This document shows, piece by piece, positions 1 to 12,100 of a stretch of DNA of 64,000 nt. This DNA is from Pocillopora damicornis (taxonomy: Eukaryota). Below the pieces are notes generated by a model. It worked only from the letters and a program-made list of their open reading frames with translations. It made no database searches and was not told the DNA's origin. Each line of letters opens with the position of its first letter. Within the stretch, counting starts at the first letter, position 1. The stretch lies in contig NW_020843601.1 of NCBI RefSeq assembly GCF_003704095.1, forward strand, positions 62,001 to 126,000, read 5' to 3'. The position numbers and the translations under genes are program-made.

Positions 1-44
1 TCTGTGCTGGTCTGGGTACATGTGTCAATTCAACCTCTCTTTGC
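1..44 (-). CDS. Gene C putative cytoplasmic exon (QREVELTHVPRPAQ...), truncated by window edge
   Basis: ttattttcag acceptor; open in phase 2. Confidence 0.45.
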
Positions 45-3000
45 CTGAAAATAAATTAACGCAATGATGACGCTGAAACCTTGAGATATTCAATCGAAAC
101 AAACTTCCATGAAAGCCATCGTTGGATCAAAGTTATAAGAGATCTACAAGGTTAGCATTTGGTTGTTTCCGGCTAACAGTAAGGATGGGAATATACGTGT
201 CCCCAAACTGTGCCGTATACAGTCAGTAGAGATTATTGGTCTGAAAAGCTGGCAACATAAAGGACGAAAATATGGGTGCTGCAGTTTAGAGTAAAAGCTC
301 TCTAAGCCGGCAAAATCTCTTGTTTTCTGAGCAGACATTCTGACTGGATACGTTAAAGAGAAGTTTCCATACGCCATTCAGTTAAAAATGATTGGAAAGT
401 TATAGAAGGTTTTCACAGTCAGGTCCATGAAAGTTAACAATAACCTATTGTAAAGACTGGCGTTACGAGCGTTTCCAACTGGTATACCTTTACTTACCAT
501 GAGGATTGCCAAACGTAACATTAAACGTTACGCTCTACCTCTGAACTGTCGTGACTTTAAGGAGTCATTAACAAATACTTTGGTACTCTTTAACAATCTT
601 ACCTCTGATTAAGGCCTTGCTCTGAAATATTCACAGCACCAAGAACAGTCAACCGAATAAAAAGGAAGGAAAACAGAAGATAAAAACCATAAAAAGAAAA
701 GCAAAAAGGTTTTGATCTCTACATGCAAGGTTATAAGTTTTTAATTTAAAAATGAGCAATTGAAACCGTATCAGATCTCAAAACTATACATTTTTCAGTA
801 GCTTTACTCTGCCTAAAAACAGGAAACAGAAAAAATGAAACAGGAACTGATACTATCTTTCTTAAAATGCCACACTTTGCCTGAAGCCAGCACTCTTTCT
901 AGAAAAATGATGAAACAGAACTAAAGTTTTGTTCAATGACAAATATGTTAAATGATTCATAACACAACAATGAAGATGCAACTGAAACATGAAATTACAA
1001 ATAGGATCTCACTTGCAACATATTTGCTCACATTGTATCGTTATCATCGCATTGATCTGATGAGTAATGATGAAAATAAGAAACGAATTTCAAGAAATAC
1101 CAATCAATGTACCCTCTTTATCTTTTCCTTTCCGCATTTTCCAGCAGAACCCAAAAATGATTACCGAAAGGACGACAATTACAATTGCTGAAGTTATCGT
1201 AAAAATCAACAAGGCGGCAAAATGGTCTGGTTTTTTGGAACGAGGAAGATCACCCATGTCTGACCGCTTTGGACTCACCGCCATGGCTAAAATGAAAACA
1301 AAAATAAAATAGAATTGGGATTTAAAGGTTGCTACGATCTTGTGGTCTGATTGCTCTTCAAGGGAGGACACGTGAGTTTCATTGACATTACCTGAGGTCG
1401 ATACACCCATAATTACATAATTATCAATTTTAGAATAGTTCAACATGAGATTAACTACAAATTGCAAATTACTAGTTTTTTAAAGGGTTCATTTAAGGGT
1501 TTTTTAGGAAAATTGTATAAAATTAGAGTTAATTTAACTGTCGTCAGCTAATGCCATAAAAAGTTAAAACATAACTTTTGTTTGATGTTTGAAAAAACTT
1601 CTGTGTCTGATAATTTCCTTAATTTTTTTCATCTAGAGTCCTAAGCTAGTAAAGAGATCGATGCATTTAACCTTTGGTTGACACAAGGGCCACCTCAGTG
1701 TTAGCTTCATCCAAGGTAGTAGTAGTTTGCATACTTATCGACTGTATAATACCTAGCCAAACGAAAAAAAAAAGCTAAAGGAAAACAAACCAAACAAACA
1801 CAAAACGAACAAAGAGGCATGAAAACTAAAATACTGTATAGCACTATTTTGTCGCGGTTGTTAAGACGAGTTTAATGCGATAAAGTGTTCGGCAAAGTTA
1901 TCTCATAGATATTCTTAATATGAAAAAAAAATTGGATAAACAAAAATTAGAACAGAGACTTAAGCAAACTAACACACCGTATAGCACAATTTTTGCCACG
2001 GTTGTTTAGAGGAGATTTTTGCGATAGAGTTTGGTGAAGTTGTCTCAAAGTAATTCCTAATATCACAAAAAAGAAATCTCTGTCTGATAATATCTTTAAT
2101 TTTTTCATCTGAAATATCATCTCTCCCCATTATTATCATTCCTGAAGAGTCATAAGCTAATAAAGAGATCGATGCGTTTAACCTTTGGTTGACAAAAGGG
2201 CCGCCTCAGTGTTAGCTTCATCCAAGGTAGCAGCAGTTTGCGAGCTTGTCGACAATACAATACCTAGCCAAACGAAAAAAAAAAGCTAAAGAAAAACAGA
2301 CCAAACAAACACAAAACGAACAAAGGGGAAAGAAAACTAAAATTCTGTATACCCCAATTTTGCCGCGGTTGTTGAGACGAGTTTTATGCAATATTAAGTT
2401 TAGCAAAATTAATATATTGTATAGTGCAATTTTGCCGGGGTTGTTGAGAAGAGATTTTTACGATACAGAGTTTGGCGAAGTTATCTCAAAGTAATTCTTA
2501 GTATTGCAAAAAAAATTAAACAAAAATTGAAAGGTTTCTCTTGGACCACAAATAGACGTGGGAATATAAAGTAGACGGCTGCTAGTTTCCTCGTAAAAAA
2601 ATTGATTAAACTCAGGTATACCGTTTATATTCAAACAAAATATGAATATAAAGATATTTTATATATGATTATTTACTGACCCTTACCAGTGGTTTTCGGC
2701 TGCATATCAACATGCGAAGGTAAAGGTTTGTATGTTGACTTCGCTAAAACATAAAAAAAGTAATAATAAACCTAATTGGAAAACCTTTTACCAGAATTGA
2801 CGAAGATACCTTCTTTTGAAAATTTTTAAACCCTAACCGTAAGCGAAATTCTTCGAGTGACATATATTTAGAGTAACGTTTCAGCATCTAAAGATTAAGC
2901 TAACATGTTGAAAATTATATTCAAACGCGTGCATTTGGAAGCCTGTTTATTTAAAGCTTTGATTTATTATTCCTTTGACACCATCTTCCTTAAATGATCA

Positions 3001-5624
3001 TATTCGGTCATTTTTGGATCGTTTAACGAACTTATATTTATCACAGCTGATAAGCTTTTAGATCCTAGACACCGCCATTTGCCACTTGCTTGTGACGCAA
3101 CAATCTTATTCCTTTAAATTTTCTTCCATCCCTTGACATGATAAAAAATGAATGCTTTGAGGGGCAACCTCCCTTTTAACGAGCTTTTATGTTATACCAG
3201 TAATTACCTGCCACAGTTACCATTAACTTCGACTGTGTCATCACCACTTGTCTTGATCCATTTCCGGAGGGAAGTATAACTTTCCAAGAAAGTTTATACG
3301 ACTGGGCATCTGAGATTCTTACATCTTGAATCACAAAGGATATCTTCCCTTGGCTCGCTTCGCCTGTCCATCTAACTCGTCTGCCGTAATGGATTGATTT
3401 CGTGATACCAATCCAGAACCTTTCAGGACTGTAGTAGAGCCATGCAATTCGCGTCCTGTCTGTTACTGTATGTAACTTAAGCGACCACGCCAGCATACCT
3501 ACTGAGTGATTCCCACGAACACGACATGACCATTCCAGCGTTACATCGGAACCTATGGTTGTTACCACTTTTCCTCCATGAACTCGCTTGATGTAAATTT
3601 CAGCACTAGAATATTTGATTGACCCTGAAAATTTCCAATTAAAAAAAATGCTAATGCAAATACAGAATAGTGGAGCAAGTGGCATAACACAAGTGGCATA
3701 TCACCATTCCAGCGTTACATTGGAACCTATGGTTGTTACCACATTTCCTCCATCAACTCGTTTGATGTAAATTTCGGTGCTAGAATATTTGATAGACCCT
3801 GAAAATTTTTGTTAAAAAAATGCTAATGCAAATACAGAATGGTGGAGCAATTGACATAACATAAATTTCACAGAAAATAATTCTACAACCATTGAGGTTC
3901 ACTCAAGCATGAATGCTCCAATAAAGGAAAAAATACTAACACGGCGAAGTGTGCTCATTAAAAACTCACGTTGTACCGGCGTAATAAGACCTAACAACCA
4001 ACTTGGGATGTCAAAAAAACGCAAGAAAAGTTTGTTTATAACGAGCTGGAGACGAGTAATTCAAAAACTTTTCAAATGGCCAAAATTTGTTCACAACATT
4101 TTGTTCACTGTGATGGCTGTTGTCGATAAGAGTATAGACCGCGCTAAACCACTGACGATTTGTTAATCTAAGTTGGTGCCAGGTTTTTTTCAACAAACTG
4201 TAACAAGAATGCAGTTGTTATTTTACTGGGCGTAATCGACGATGTCTCTTCGCCTGGTCATATGATCAACAGGAAGTGATTTTTTTTTCTTCCTTCTTTT
4301 GTTTTTCTTGGTTTTTTTTTTCCTGTTTCAGTCAAATAATTTTTCAAAGAAGGCCCCGAAAGGGCCGAGCTTACATGATCACGACAAATTCGTTACAAGC
4401 TCTCATAAAGAAAAACCCACTTTCGAAGGAATGGGCTCCTACTATTGCCGATATCACCTCCCATCAAGATTTTACGAACTCAGTAACGAAATGCAAACGA
4501 GTTAAAGAAAAATAGAGATTATTTTGCTACTTGAATGTCAATGAGGCATCTGGTCTCTTCGATTCGACAATTAATTGCCTGACAAGAAAAATGCCGTATT
4601 TGGAAAGGTTCAAACTGCTTTGATGAGGGCTGCTCACAAGTTTACAAAGGTTAGATCATCCACTCAGACATGACACATTCGATATTTGTTTTACTGTTAT
4701 AACTTTGAACTTCAAACGATTCCGCAGGAGTTCCTATTGTCTCTAACTTTATCAGATTACAATGTTGGCGGTCGTTTTCCTCTAAAAGTGCAATAACAGC
4801 TGAAGCAGATCGAATCTATGATCGGAAATAACAGGAAGTCACTAGATAATGGAAAGTGAAAGTAACTAGGAGTGGGCCGTCTGAATAATTCACAGTCGCT
4901 TGGGCATACTTGGAAGATACAAAAATAATTTGTCTGTTACATTTCGTCTTTCGGGCTCATGAAAAACATTTCCCCAAATCGTTGAAAACTGAAAGTATAT
5001 TCTGCACAAAAGACGCCCCCTCTCTTCGCTGAAAACATTTACCTTTCATGCTTTTGTTTGTGCCCATGCATGTTGTTGTGTCACTCTGCTAATAACGGTT
5101 CTTAATGATTATCTCTTTATCACAAATATATTGGGACTGAATTCAAAACAAAGGGCGTACTTTAGTGGTTGTACAAGTACTTAAATGTCTTATACTTTCC
5201 TATGATAATTTTAATACTTGTTTAAATGATTCTCGTAACCAATTTGCTTTTCTTTCTTTAATCCTACTCGTGCGACTTAGAAAGAAAGATAAACGGCTCG
5301 TCTTGAATGCGCTCAGCTTGTAAAAGGACATACCACATGTGTGTACAGATGTATATAGGGAGTTATAAGTACTCTCCCTGCTTCAAGGAAATTCTTCCAG
5401 TCATATGGAGACTAGTGTTGCTCAATAGAGCTGGTCTTTTAGTGGCATCCTTAACGAGATATTCAGTTTCCCTCCTTACAAACAATTAGCTATATGCGTT
5501 TACATAACAGTGAATGTTTGAGAACTAAAATAATCTATTGATTTTACTAACCTGCACATTCAACGAAGGCTAAGTGGGAAAACATGCAGAGCAAGACACA
5601 ACAGATGATGATGCGAAAGACCAT
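1..5624 (-). CDS. Gene C (3' end outside window): type I membrane protein, SP-IgV-mucin-like stalk-TM-cytoplasmic tail; possibly a third RTK paralog
   Basis: Exons 5552-5624, 3208-3624, 2687-2743, 2183-2263, 1672-1752, (1392-1454 uncertain), 1113-1286, 603-621, 1-44. All are GT-AG and phase-compatible. Confidence 0.75.
603..621 (-). CDS. Gene C putative 19-nt cytoplasmic micro-exon (EQGLNQ)
   Basis: atttcag acceptor, AG|GTAAGA donor; phase 1-2, like the post-TM exon of RTK-A/B. Confidence 0.45.
1113..1286 (-). CDS. Gene C transmembrane exon (FAALLIFTITSAIVIVVLSVIIFGFCW-KMRKGK)
   Basis: Hydrophobic helix followed by basic stop-transfer residues; 174 nt, phase 1-1. Confidence 0.8.
1672..1752 (-). 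CDS. Gene C stalk exon copy 2 GIIQSISMQTTTTLDEANTEVALVSTK
   Basis: Same splice signals as copy 1; 81 nt, phase 1-1. Confidence 0.65.
2183..2263 (-). CDS. Gene C stalk exon copy 1 GIVLSTSSQTAATLDEANTEAALLSTK
   Basis: Poly-T tract plus ctag acceptor, AAG|GTTAAA donor, 81 nt, phase 1-1. Confidence 0.65.
2687..2743 (-). CDS. Gene C stalk exon AKSTYKPLPSHVDMQPKTT
   Basis: ttttag acceptor, GTAAGG donor, 57 nt, phase 1-1, open frame. Confidence 0.65.
3208..3624 (-). CDS. Gene C V-type Ig exon
   Basis: Within ORF 3176-3685: GSDVTLEW...LAW...GRRVRW...FVIQDVRISDAQSY; 417 nt, phase 1-1. Confidence 0.85.
3529..3859. repeat. Direct duplication (~157 bp) of the acceptor and 5' part of the gene C V exon
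   Basis: accattccagcgttacat...gaccctgaaaattt...tgctaatgcaaatacagaat at 3529-3687 and 3703-3859. Confidence 0.9.
5552..5624 (-). CDS. Gene C signal-peptide exon MVFRIIICCVLLCMFSHLAFVECA
   Basis: ATG, hydrophobic core, phase-1 donor G|GTTAGT. Confidence 0.75.
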
Positions 5625-6492
5625 CTTAGCTACGATTACGTTCCTCAATTTAGTTGTCTGTCTCTAGTCTAAGAGTCAGTTAAAGTGGTCCAAAGCTTAT
5701 GTACAAATGGGAGTTCTTGTGCCCATTCCCTCACCGCGAGCATTCCTGATTTTGCCTTGAGGGCTGGCTTATTCAAATTTTCTGGGAATCTGGGAGGCTT
5801 CAGACTGTCATCGTTGAGTATTGGAAACTAAGGATTGATCGTTACAGAGCTGAGACAGCTGGTACGGAAATAGAATTAGTCCTTTGTGATTCCATAGGAA
5901 TCACGAGTAAATTTATTTATGCATAGCTTGAAAACATTGTTCAGAAAATTCAATGGAAGGGATATTCTCAAACGATTAAAACTGTCTCTGGTTTATAATG
6001 ATCGCGAGGTTGAGAATGCATTATCTCTCCAGTATTTCCGGTTATTCTTTTTATTTTTAGCGCGTGAACACTCCACCTATAAAAAAAAAAACCGCCTGAC
6101 ATATTGTGAGAGGAAAGAAATTGGCACGCTTATTGATACATTCCGAGAATTTGTTTCGAGTGTTTTAAAGAAATCGCGTTTTTGCTTAAGGGCGTGGTGT
6201 GATTTGAAAGTGAAATCAAACTAATTTGCTTCCCAGAAATACCAGTATTTATAAAGCTCATCGCTGAAATTCTCGACACTACCGTTCGAATTGTTTTTCT
6301 CTAATTAGTAACACAAAAACACTTTGTAATTTCGTAGTTTTCCACACCATTAATTTGATGATAAAAGAATCTTTGGTAAATTGTAACCAAGAAGCGTTGA
6401 AACAAATAATTAGATTGATCGTTGGTAACTTTACCACAGTTTAGCCGACGAAGTCCCTCGCAGCGAATCAGAAATAGGTTTTCGCGTGATTG

Positions 6493-6788
6493 AAGAAATG
6501 TAAAATGGTTTCCGTGTTTACATAGCTTGATGTAAACACGCGGGAGGTTGGGAGAACACGAGATAAGCGTAGGAAACCACGACGCGAAGCGGAGTGGTTT
6601 CCAGCTTATCGAGAGTTCTCCCAACCTCCCAAATGTTTACATCAGGCTATGTAAACACGGAAACCATTTTACATTTCTTTTATAAAATAACTTATGAAAG
6701 AGGAACGAAAAACCGTGTTTACATACGCTCATGTAAAATGGTTTTATGGCCAATCAGAGCGCGCGTACTATTTGAATTATTTATAAAA
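6493..6788. mobile_element. Palindromic MITE-like interspersed repeat
   Basis: Long inverted arms aagaaatgtaaaatggtttccgtgtttacatagc... / ...gctatgtaaacacggaaaccattttacatttctt (6493-6679). Confidence 0.7.
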
Positions 6789-7192
6789 ACAATTGTTCAA
6801 TATATCCTTTACCTTTATACCTTTTATTTCTTATCAGTGTATAATTCCACTCAAGTCACCTATAATAAAAATACTTAGCACACACATGATCAATAAAGCT
6901 GTTAATAATCAGCTTTTGCTTATTTAAACATGATAAGTGGTCCCGAAGGATTTGATAATTAATAGAAATTTATTAATATTGTCTTCTTTTGCGTACAACA
7001 ACCAACCATAAAAACAAACAACAGGATAGTCTCTTGAATAATTAATCGCATATCAATATTTACATCATAACTGACGAACAACTCGAGTTTGTTCAGCTTT
7101 CCCAAGGTAACATCATAACTCGTATACAGAAACAATCAAAATGACGGAAAATCTACATTTATAAATTAATAGCGTAAATTGCATCAGCAACG

Positions 7193-7668
7193 GTGAAATA
7201 ATTCAATAAAATGATTAATATAAAATGCAGAATGGTTAATACCGATGATATGAAATAGAACAAACAGGGTACAAATAAAAGAACTTCATGCTGTATAAAA
7301 ATTAAGTATAGTAAGATAAATATGATAAAGACTGGTATTTTCTACGATGTAATTAGTTTCCAAGTAAATTCCAAACAATGCAATAAGGTTCCAGATTCAT
7401 TTCGAACAAGGTAAGTCTCTCACGAGCTTATACCTCGTACATAAAGATAAGCAAAACCTTTTTTCGCGATAGCAGAAAACTATAAATCTATGAAATGATA
7501 AAGTGAATTACATTAGTGAAATAATTCAGGAAAATGATTAACATAGAATGCAAAATGGTTAATACCAAAAATATGAAATATAATAAAGAGGTACAAATAA
7601 AACGAACTCCATGCTATATAAACTTACGGTGCAATAACATAAATAAATTATAGAGTGGTATTTTCTAC
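7193..7668. repeat. Diverged ~150-bp direct repeat pair
   Basis: gtgaaataattca...atggttaatacc...gtacaaataaaa...tggtattttctac at ~7193-7345 and ~7516-7668. Confidence 0.8.
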
Positions 7669-8445
7669 AATTGAAGTGGAAAGTTTGAACGTTGACAGCT
7701 GCGATTTTAGGTGTGTCATATTCGCAGTAAAACCTTCACTGATAGCATTTGATGGAAAAAAAATCAATGGGTCTTCATACAAACTTAACAAGCATGCATG
7801 TTATCTATTTTTGAAAATTATCTTGGGAAGGTTTCTAAAAATGGTAAATGAAAATTTAAACCAGACTAGGCCGAAAATTTACTTTGGCGCCCAAATAAGA
7901 ATCCTTCTTTCTAGTGATTTCACAAATTTCTGTTCAGCCCGCTATTGTTTCCTTCTTATTAAACGAAATTTTAAGGTTGAAAAAACTTTGACATTTTTTA
8001 CTAATCATTGGCCATGGAGAAAAATCTTGAAATCAACTGCCATTTTGAGCGATCATTTGAATAGCAATGACTTGAAAATTTTCAGTAGAAAGCCTGTAGG
8101 CCGTAGAATTTCTATCAGTGAGAAGTGTTTGTTATTGTGCCATATGAATAAGTTGGGCGTACATTTTTGTGAAATGGTCTATCATTGTGCGCTTGTCGAG
8201 GTTTCATCATCAATATAAATCTATACTTCCTAACGGACATTTTATCAGCCAGCTCTTCCTATGATATCTGATAGGAAAGTTCATTGAAACTCTTAGGGTG
8301 TTAAATATAGGTCACTTGAAGCTATCGAAGCTTAAACAAGTTTAAAAAATTAACTTAATTTTTTACAGACGAGTACAAATTTCTTGGAAATTGAAATAAT
8401 ATAAATTAGATGTCTGGTAGACAGATCGAATCAAACGCCTGATTC

Positions 8446-8715
8446 AGAGCTGTTTCCGATTGAGTGTCGTAAAAACAAAAATAACGAGATCGATATGATA
8501 AATCAAATCAAAGATAAATACTACGCGAAGCTGCCCAAATAGCTCCGGTCACCCCAAGCGCAGTGAAGCGGGGAGCGGCAGTTCGTGATTCCTTTCAGCT
8601 AAGCAACTGATTGGCTACGAAGGAGGTGAAAGTTTCCTACAACAATCGTGGATGGTACTGAGGCAAGACATGTGCAGTTCCAGATTTTTATCGACACTCA
8701 ATTAAAAGTTGCTCT
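8446..8715. mobile_element. Degenerate MITE with terminal inverted repeats
   Basis: agagc...attgagtgtcgtaaaa / ttttatcgacactcaatt...gctct. Related decayed copies lie near 12570-12740 and 52730-52950. Confidence 0.6.
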
Positions 8716-9062
8716 TATAACAAACACTTTTGAGGTTGCATACTACAGTTGAACTCAAGTCAAGACTCGTTATCAGTCAAGAAAAAAATTATAAATGCCA
8801 GACAAGATAAACACTTTTGCCTACAAGGTACTGATTTTGTTTTAATGTCCTTCCCATGGATAATTTTCTTCATCTCCTCAGTGATACAATGAACTACATT
8901 TTTTACCGTAATGTTCTCGGTTTTCTTATTTTCTAGAGGGGAGTTCGTGTTCTGTCAATATTTAACAAGGCAGCACCATTGACTGCATTTCAAACAGGAG
9001 TTTTGTGATCTGCGATTTCTTGCACCAGTGATACAACAAAGCCAGTTTCTATCTCAGCGGCA

Positions 9063-9113
9063 TTAAACGTTCTCGTACACTCTTCCATTGTATGTCGTCA
9101 GGTTGATACAGTC
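9063..9113 (-). CDS. RTK-A last coding exon [16 protein letters not shown]
   Basis: ttccag acceptor; CINL..YNG..YE is shared with RTK-B. Confidence 0.85.
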   Translation of the reverse strand, partial: DCINLTTYNGRVYENV

Positions 9114-12100
9114 CTGGAATAGTGAAGGAATTATTCTTCATGAATCAGATTTTAAACAAAGGAACCAAACAACACAAAACATTCAAGAGAGTCTGATTTA
9201 ATCGGAGAAACCCGTCGGGTCGCGTATAAAATTGTGTTTGAATAATCCAAGCTAAATGTGTTGAAGCTAGGGTGCGGGCTTACAACTGCGCAAATCGTTT
9301 TTGTCAGCTGGGCCGGAAATGATCAACAAAAATCGCTGAGTTTTTGTGTACAGTTTACCTCAATCTCCCCATCCAGTTGCTTTAGAGCCCTGTAAAGTTG
9401 TGAAAACGTCAATCGTTTTTCGGGATCTTCATTCCAACAAGAAAGCATTAGGTCATATCTGAAATAGAAACATCCGCAGCATAAACAGGCAATTCATCAC
9501 ACCTATTTATCTTAGTTCACTTAGACCAATTTGAGGGATTTTTACTCACACTTTTTCGTCTAAATGCTGCGGCTTTTCCATTCTGTAACCTCTTCGTAAT
9601 TTCTCCACCAGCTCTACCACGTCCATGCCGGGATATGGGCGGCCACCTATTGATAGCAACAAACGTTTATCACCATTGAGTATTAAAAAAGTTATTAATA
9701 AACAGATGGAGAAATGAACAGAATGATCGATTTTATCAATGAAGAAATTAACTAAATTAAAATAGACGACTAAACGCATGGACCAACAAGCGAACATGAA
9801 TGGATGATTAATGAATGGATAGATGGACAAATAAATGAATAGTTGGATGGATGGACGGACGAATGGATGGAAGGACGGAGGGATGAAAAGAAGGATGGTT
9901 CAATGGAAGGATTGAGGATTGAAGGATGGATGGAGGGAAGGATTAATGGATGAACAAATGGACAAATAAATGCAAGAATGAATGGATGGATGGATAGATG
10001 GATGGAGGGATGGATGGGGAGATGAAAGGATGGATAGATGGAAGGATAGATGAGGAAATGAAAGGATGGAGTAATGGATGGAAGGATGGAGTAATGGATG
10101 GAAGGATGGATGATGGGATGGGTGTGTGCAACGATGAATGAATGGATGGGTGAAAGAATGGATGGGATGAATGGATGTATGGATGGAAGGATGAAAGGGG
10201 GATGGGAGGAAGGACGGAAGAATGGATGGATGGATGGAAGGATTGAAGGATTGAAGGATGGAGAGATGGATTAAGTGGATGGAGAGATGGATGTATGGAT
10301 GGAAGGATGGAAGGAAGGATGGAAGGATGGACGGAAGGATTGAGGGAGTGAAGAATGGATAGATGGATGGATGGATGGATGGATGGATGGATNNNNNNNN
10401 NNNNNNNNNNNNNNNNNNNNNNNNNNNNNNNNNNNNNNNNNNNNNNNNNNNNNNNNNNNNNNNNNNNNNNNNNNNNNNNNNNNNNNNNNNNNNNNNNNNN
10501 NNNNNNNNNNNNNNNNNNNNNNNNNNNNNNNNNNNNNNNNNNNNNNNNNNNNNNNNNNNNNNNNNNNNNNNNNNNNNNNNNNNNNNNNNNNNNNNNNNNN
10601 NNNNNNNNNNNNNNNNNNNNNNNNNNNNNNNNNNNNNNNNNNNNNNNNNNNNNNNNNNNNNNNNNNNNNNNNNNNNNNNNNNNNNNNNNNNNNNNNNNNN
10701 NNNNNNNNNNNNNNNNNNNNNNNNNNNNNNNNNNNNNNNATGGATGGATGGATGGATGGATGGATGTGGAGATGGAGGAATTGACAGATTTAAGGAAGGA
10801 TAGATGGTTGGATGGATGAAGGTAAGGAAGGATGGATGGAGGAATAAATGTGTGGAACGATGAATGAATGGATGATTGGAAGAATGGATATGTCAATTGA
10901 CGAACGGAAGGAAGAATAGGTAGAGGGATAGATAGAATGGTAAATCTTGAAAAATTAAAGAATGGATGGATAGATGGATGGAAAAATCAGTAAAATCAAT
11001 AAATGAGTGTTTCAGTGAGGGAGTGAATGAATTAACCTCATTTAGCAAAAGAAAAGATTCCAAAAAAAAAAAAGAAAAAAAGAAAAGAAAAGGATGTAGA
11101 AGCAAAGAAAGTGCTTTAACAATTTCCTAAACTCAAACTGAATATAATCTTACCAATGGTGACTATTTCAAAGAGAAGCACCCCAAAGCTCCATCTGATA
11201 AAGGAGTAAAAAGAAAAACCAAAAGGTCACTGTGATGTTCAATTGTTCACAATTTAATCCAAAAAATCGTAAAAATGTAAAACTCACACGTCGCTTTTTG
11301 TTGTATATTGTCCATGTTCTAACGCCTCCAAAGCTGTCCATTTCACTGGTAGGCGTCCCTGAAAAAGGATTGTGGACGACATCAAGAAATAATAATCTGG
11401 CTATTCTAATTTGGTGTTGAGGTCTTATATTCTCATGAACGCTACTTGTGATAAATGAAACAAGCACGATCCATATCACTCTTGTTTAAATGAGATCTCT
11501 TGAATGCTATAAATGAAACATTAGACTTCACGCCTACGCATATTACTTACCTCAGAGCTTTTTTGGTACATGCCCCTTTCATGGATGTTTCGCGCCATCC
11601 CAAAGTCTGTAACTTTACACGTCAAATTCTCTCCCAACAGGACATTCCTAGCTGCCAGGTCACGATGAATAATCTAAAAGTGTGAAGAAGTATACTAGCT
11701 GTAAATAACACTAGGCTTTGTAGGTTATTTGATAAACTCGGTCAATAAGGCAAGGCAGGTAGTCAGTTGGCAGGGATACGGGTCGAAAAGGGACGGCTGC
11801 AAGCCTCAGCTGGTTCATTTCGTTCTCCTCTTGGGCAAGAGACCTTGATCAGTAGCAAAAGCCTCAAGTGTAATTGTTTCCTACTCCGCTTATAGGTGTC
11901 TGCCTCTCCCTTCACATCCTTTTTACAATCTCACAGTTTCTATATCCAATTTCACAGCTAGAGTTCAATTTCAGTTGGTAGAAGAGAGAATCTCTGAATC
12001 GGAAGAAAACCTCTGATTTTACAATTGAAAGGATTTCAAAAAAAGTTTCCAGCAAGATCCTCGGGTAAACTCAAAAAATAGTTGCGAGGAGGGCTGCTTC

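Larger units (their letters stand above)
1598..2510. repeat. Tandem duplication, ~511-bp period, containing one stalk exon per unit plus internal ~90-bp sub-repeats
   Basis: agagtc(c/a)taagcta...aacctttggttgac...cctagccaaacgaaaaaaaaaagctaaag occurs near 1635-1830 and 2146-2340. Confidence 0.9.

Noticed and set aside
498-540. Candidate gene C exon with a good GTAAGT donor
   Set aside because: It has an in-frame TAA in the required phase and an implausibly short upstream intron.
1287-1467. Second hydrophobic segment (FYFIFVFILAM) in ORF 1090-1467
   Set aside because: It coincides with the polypyrimidine tract of the TM exon acceptor. A 63-nt exon at 1392-1454 is possible but unsupported.
1830-2510. 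Spaced repeats resembling a CRISPR array
   Set aside because: Units are long, degenerate and part of an intronic tandem duplication in eukaryotic DNA; no cas genes.
7655-8218. 187-aa plus-strand ORF
   Set aside because: Non-ATG start, AT-driven composition, no recognisable motif.
9943-10896. 317-aa ORF and the overlapping MDGW ORFs
   Set aside because: Translations of the TGGA microsatellite and N gap inside an intron.
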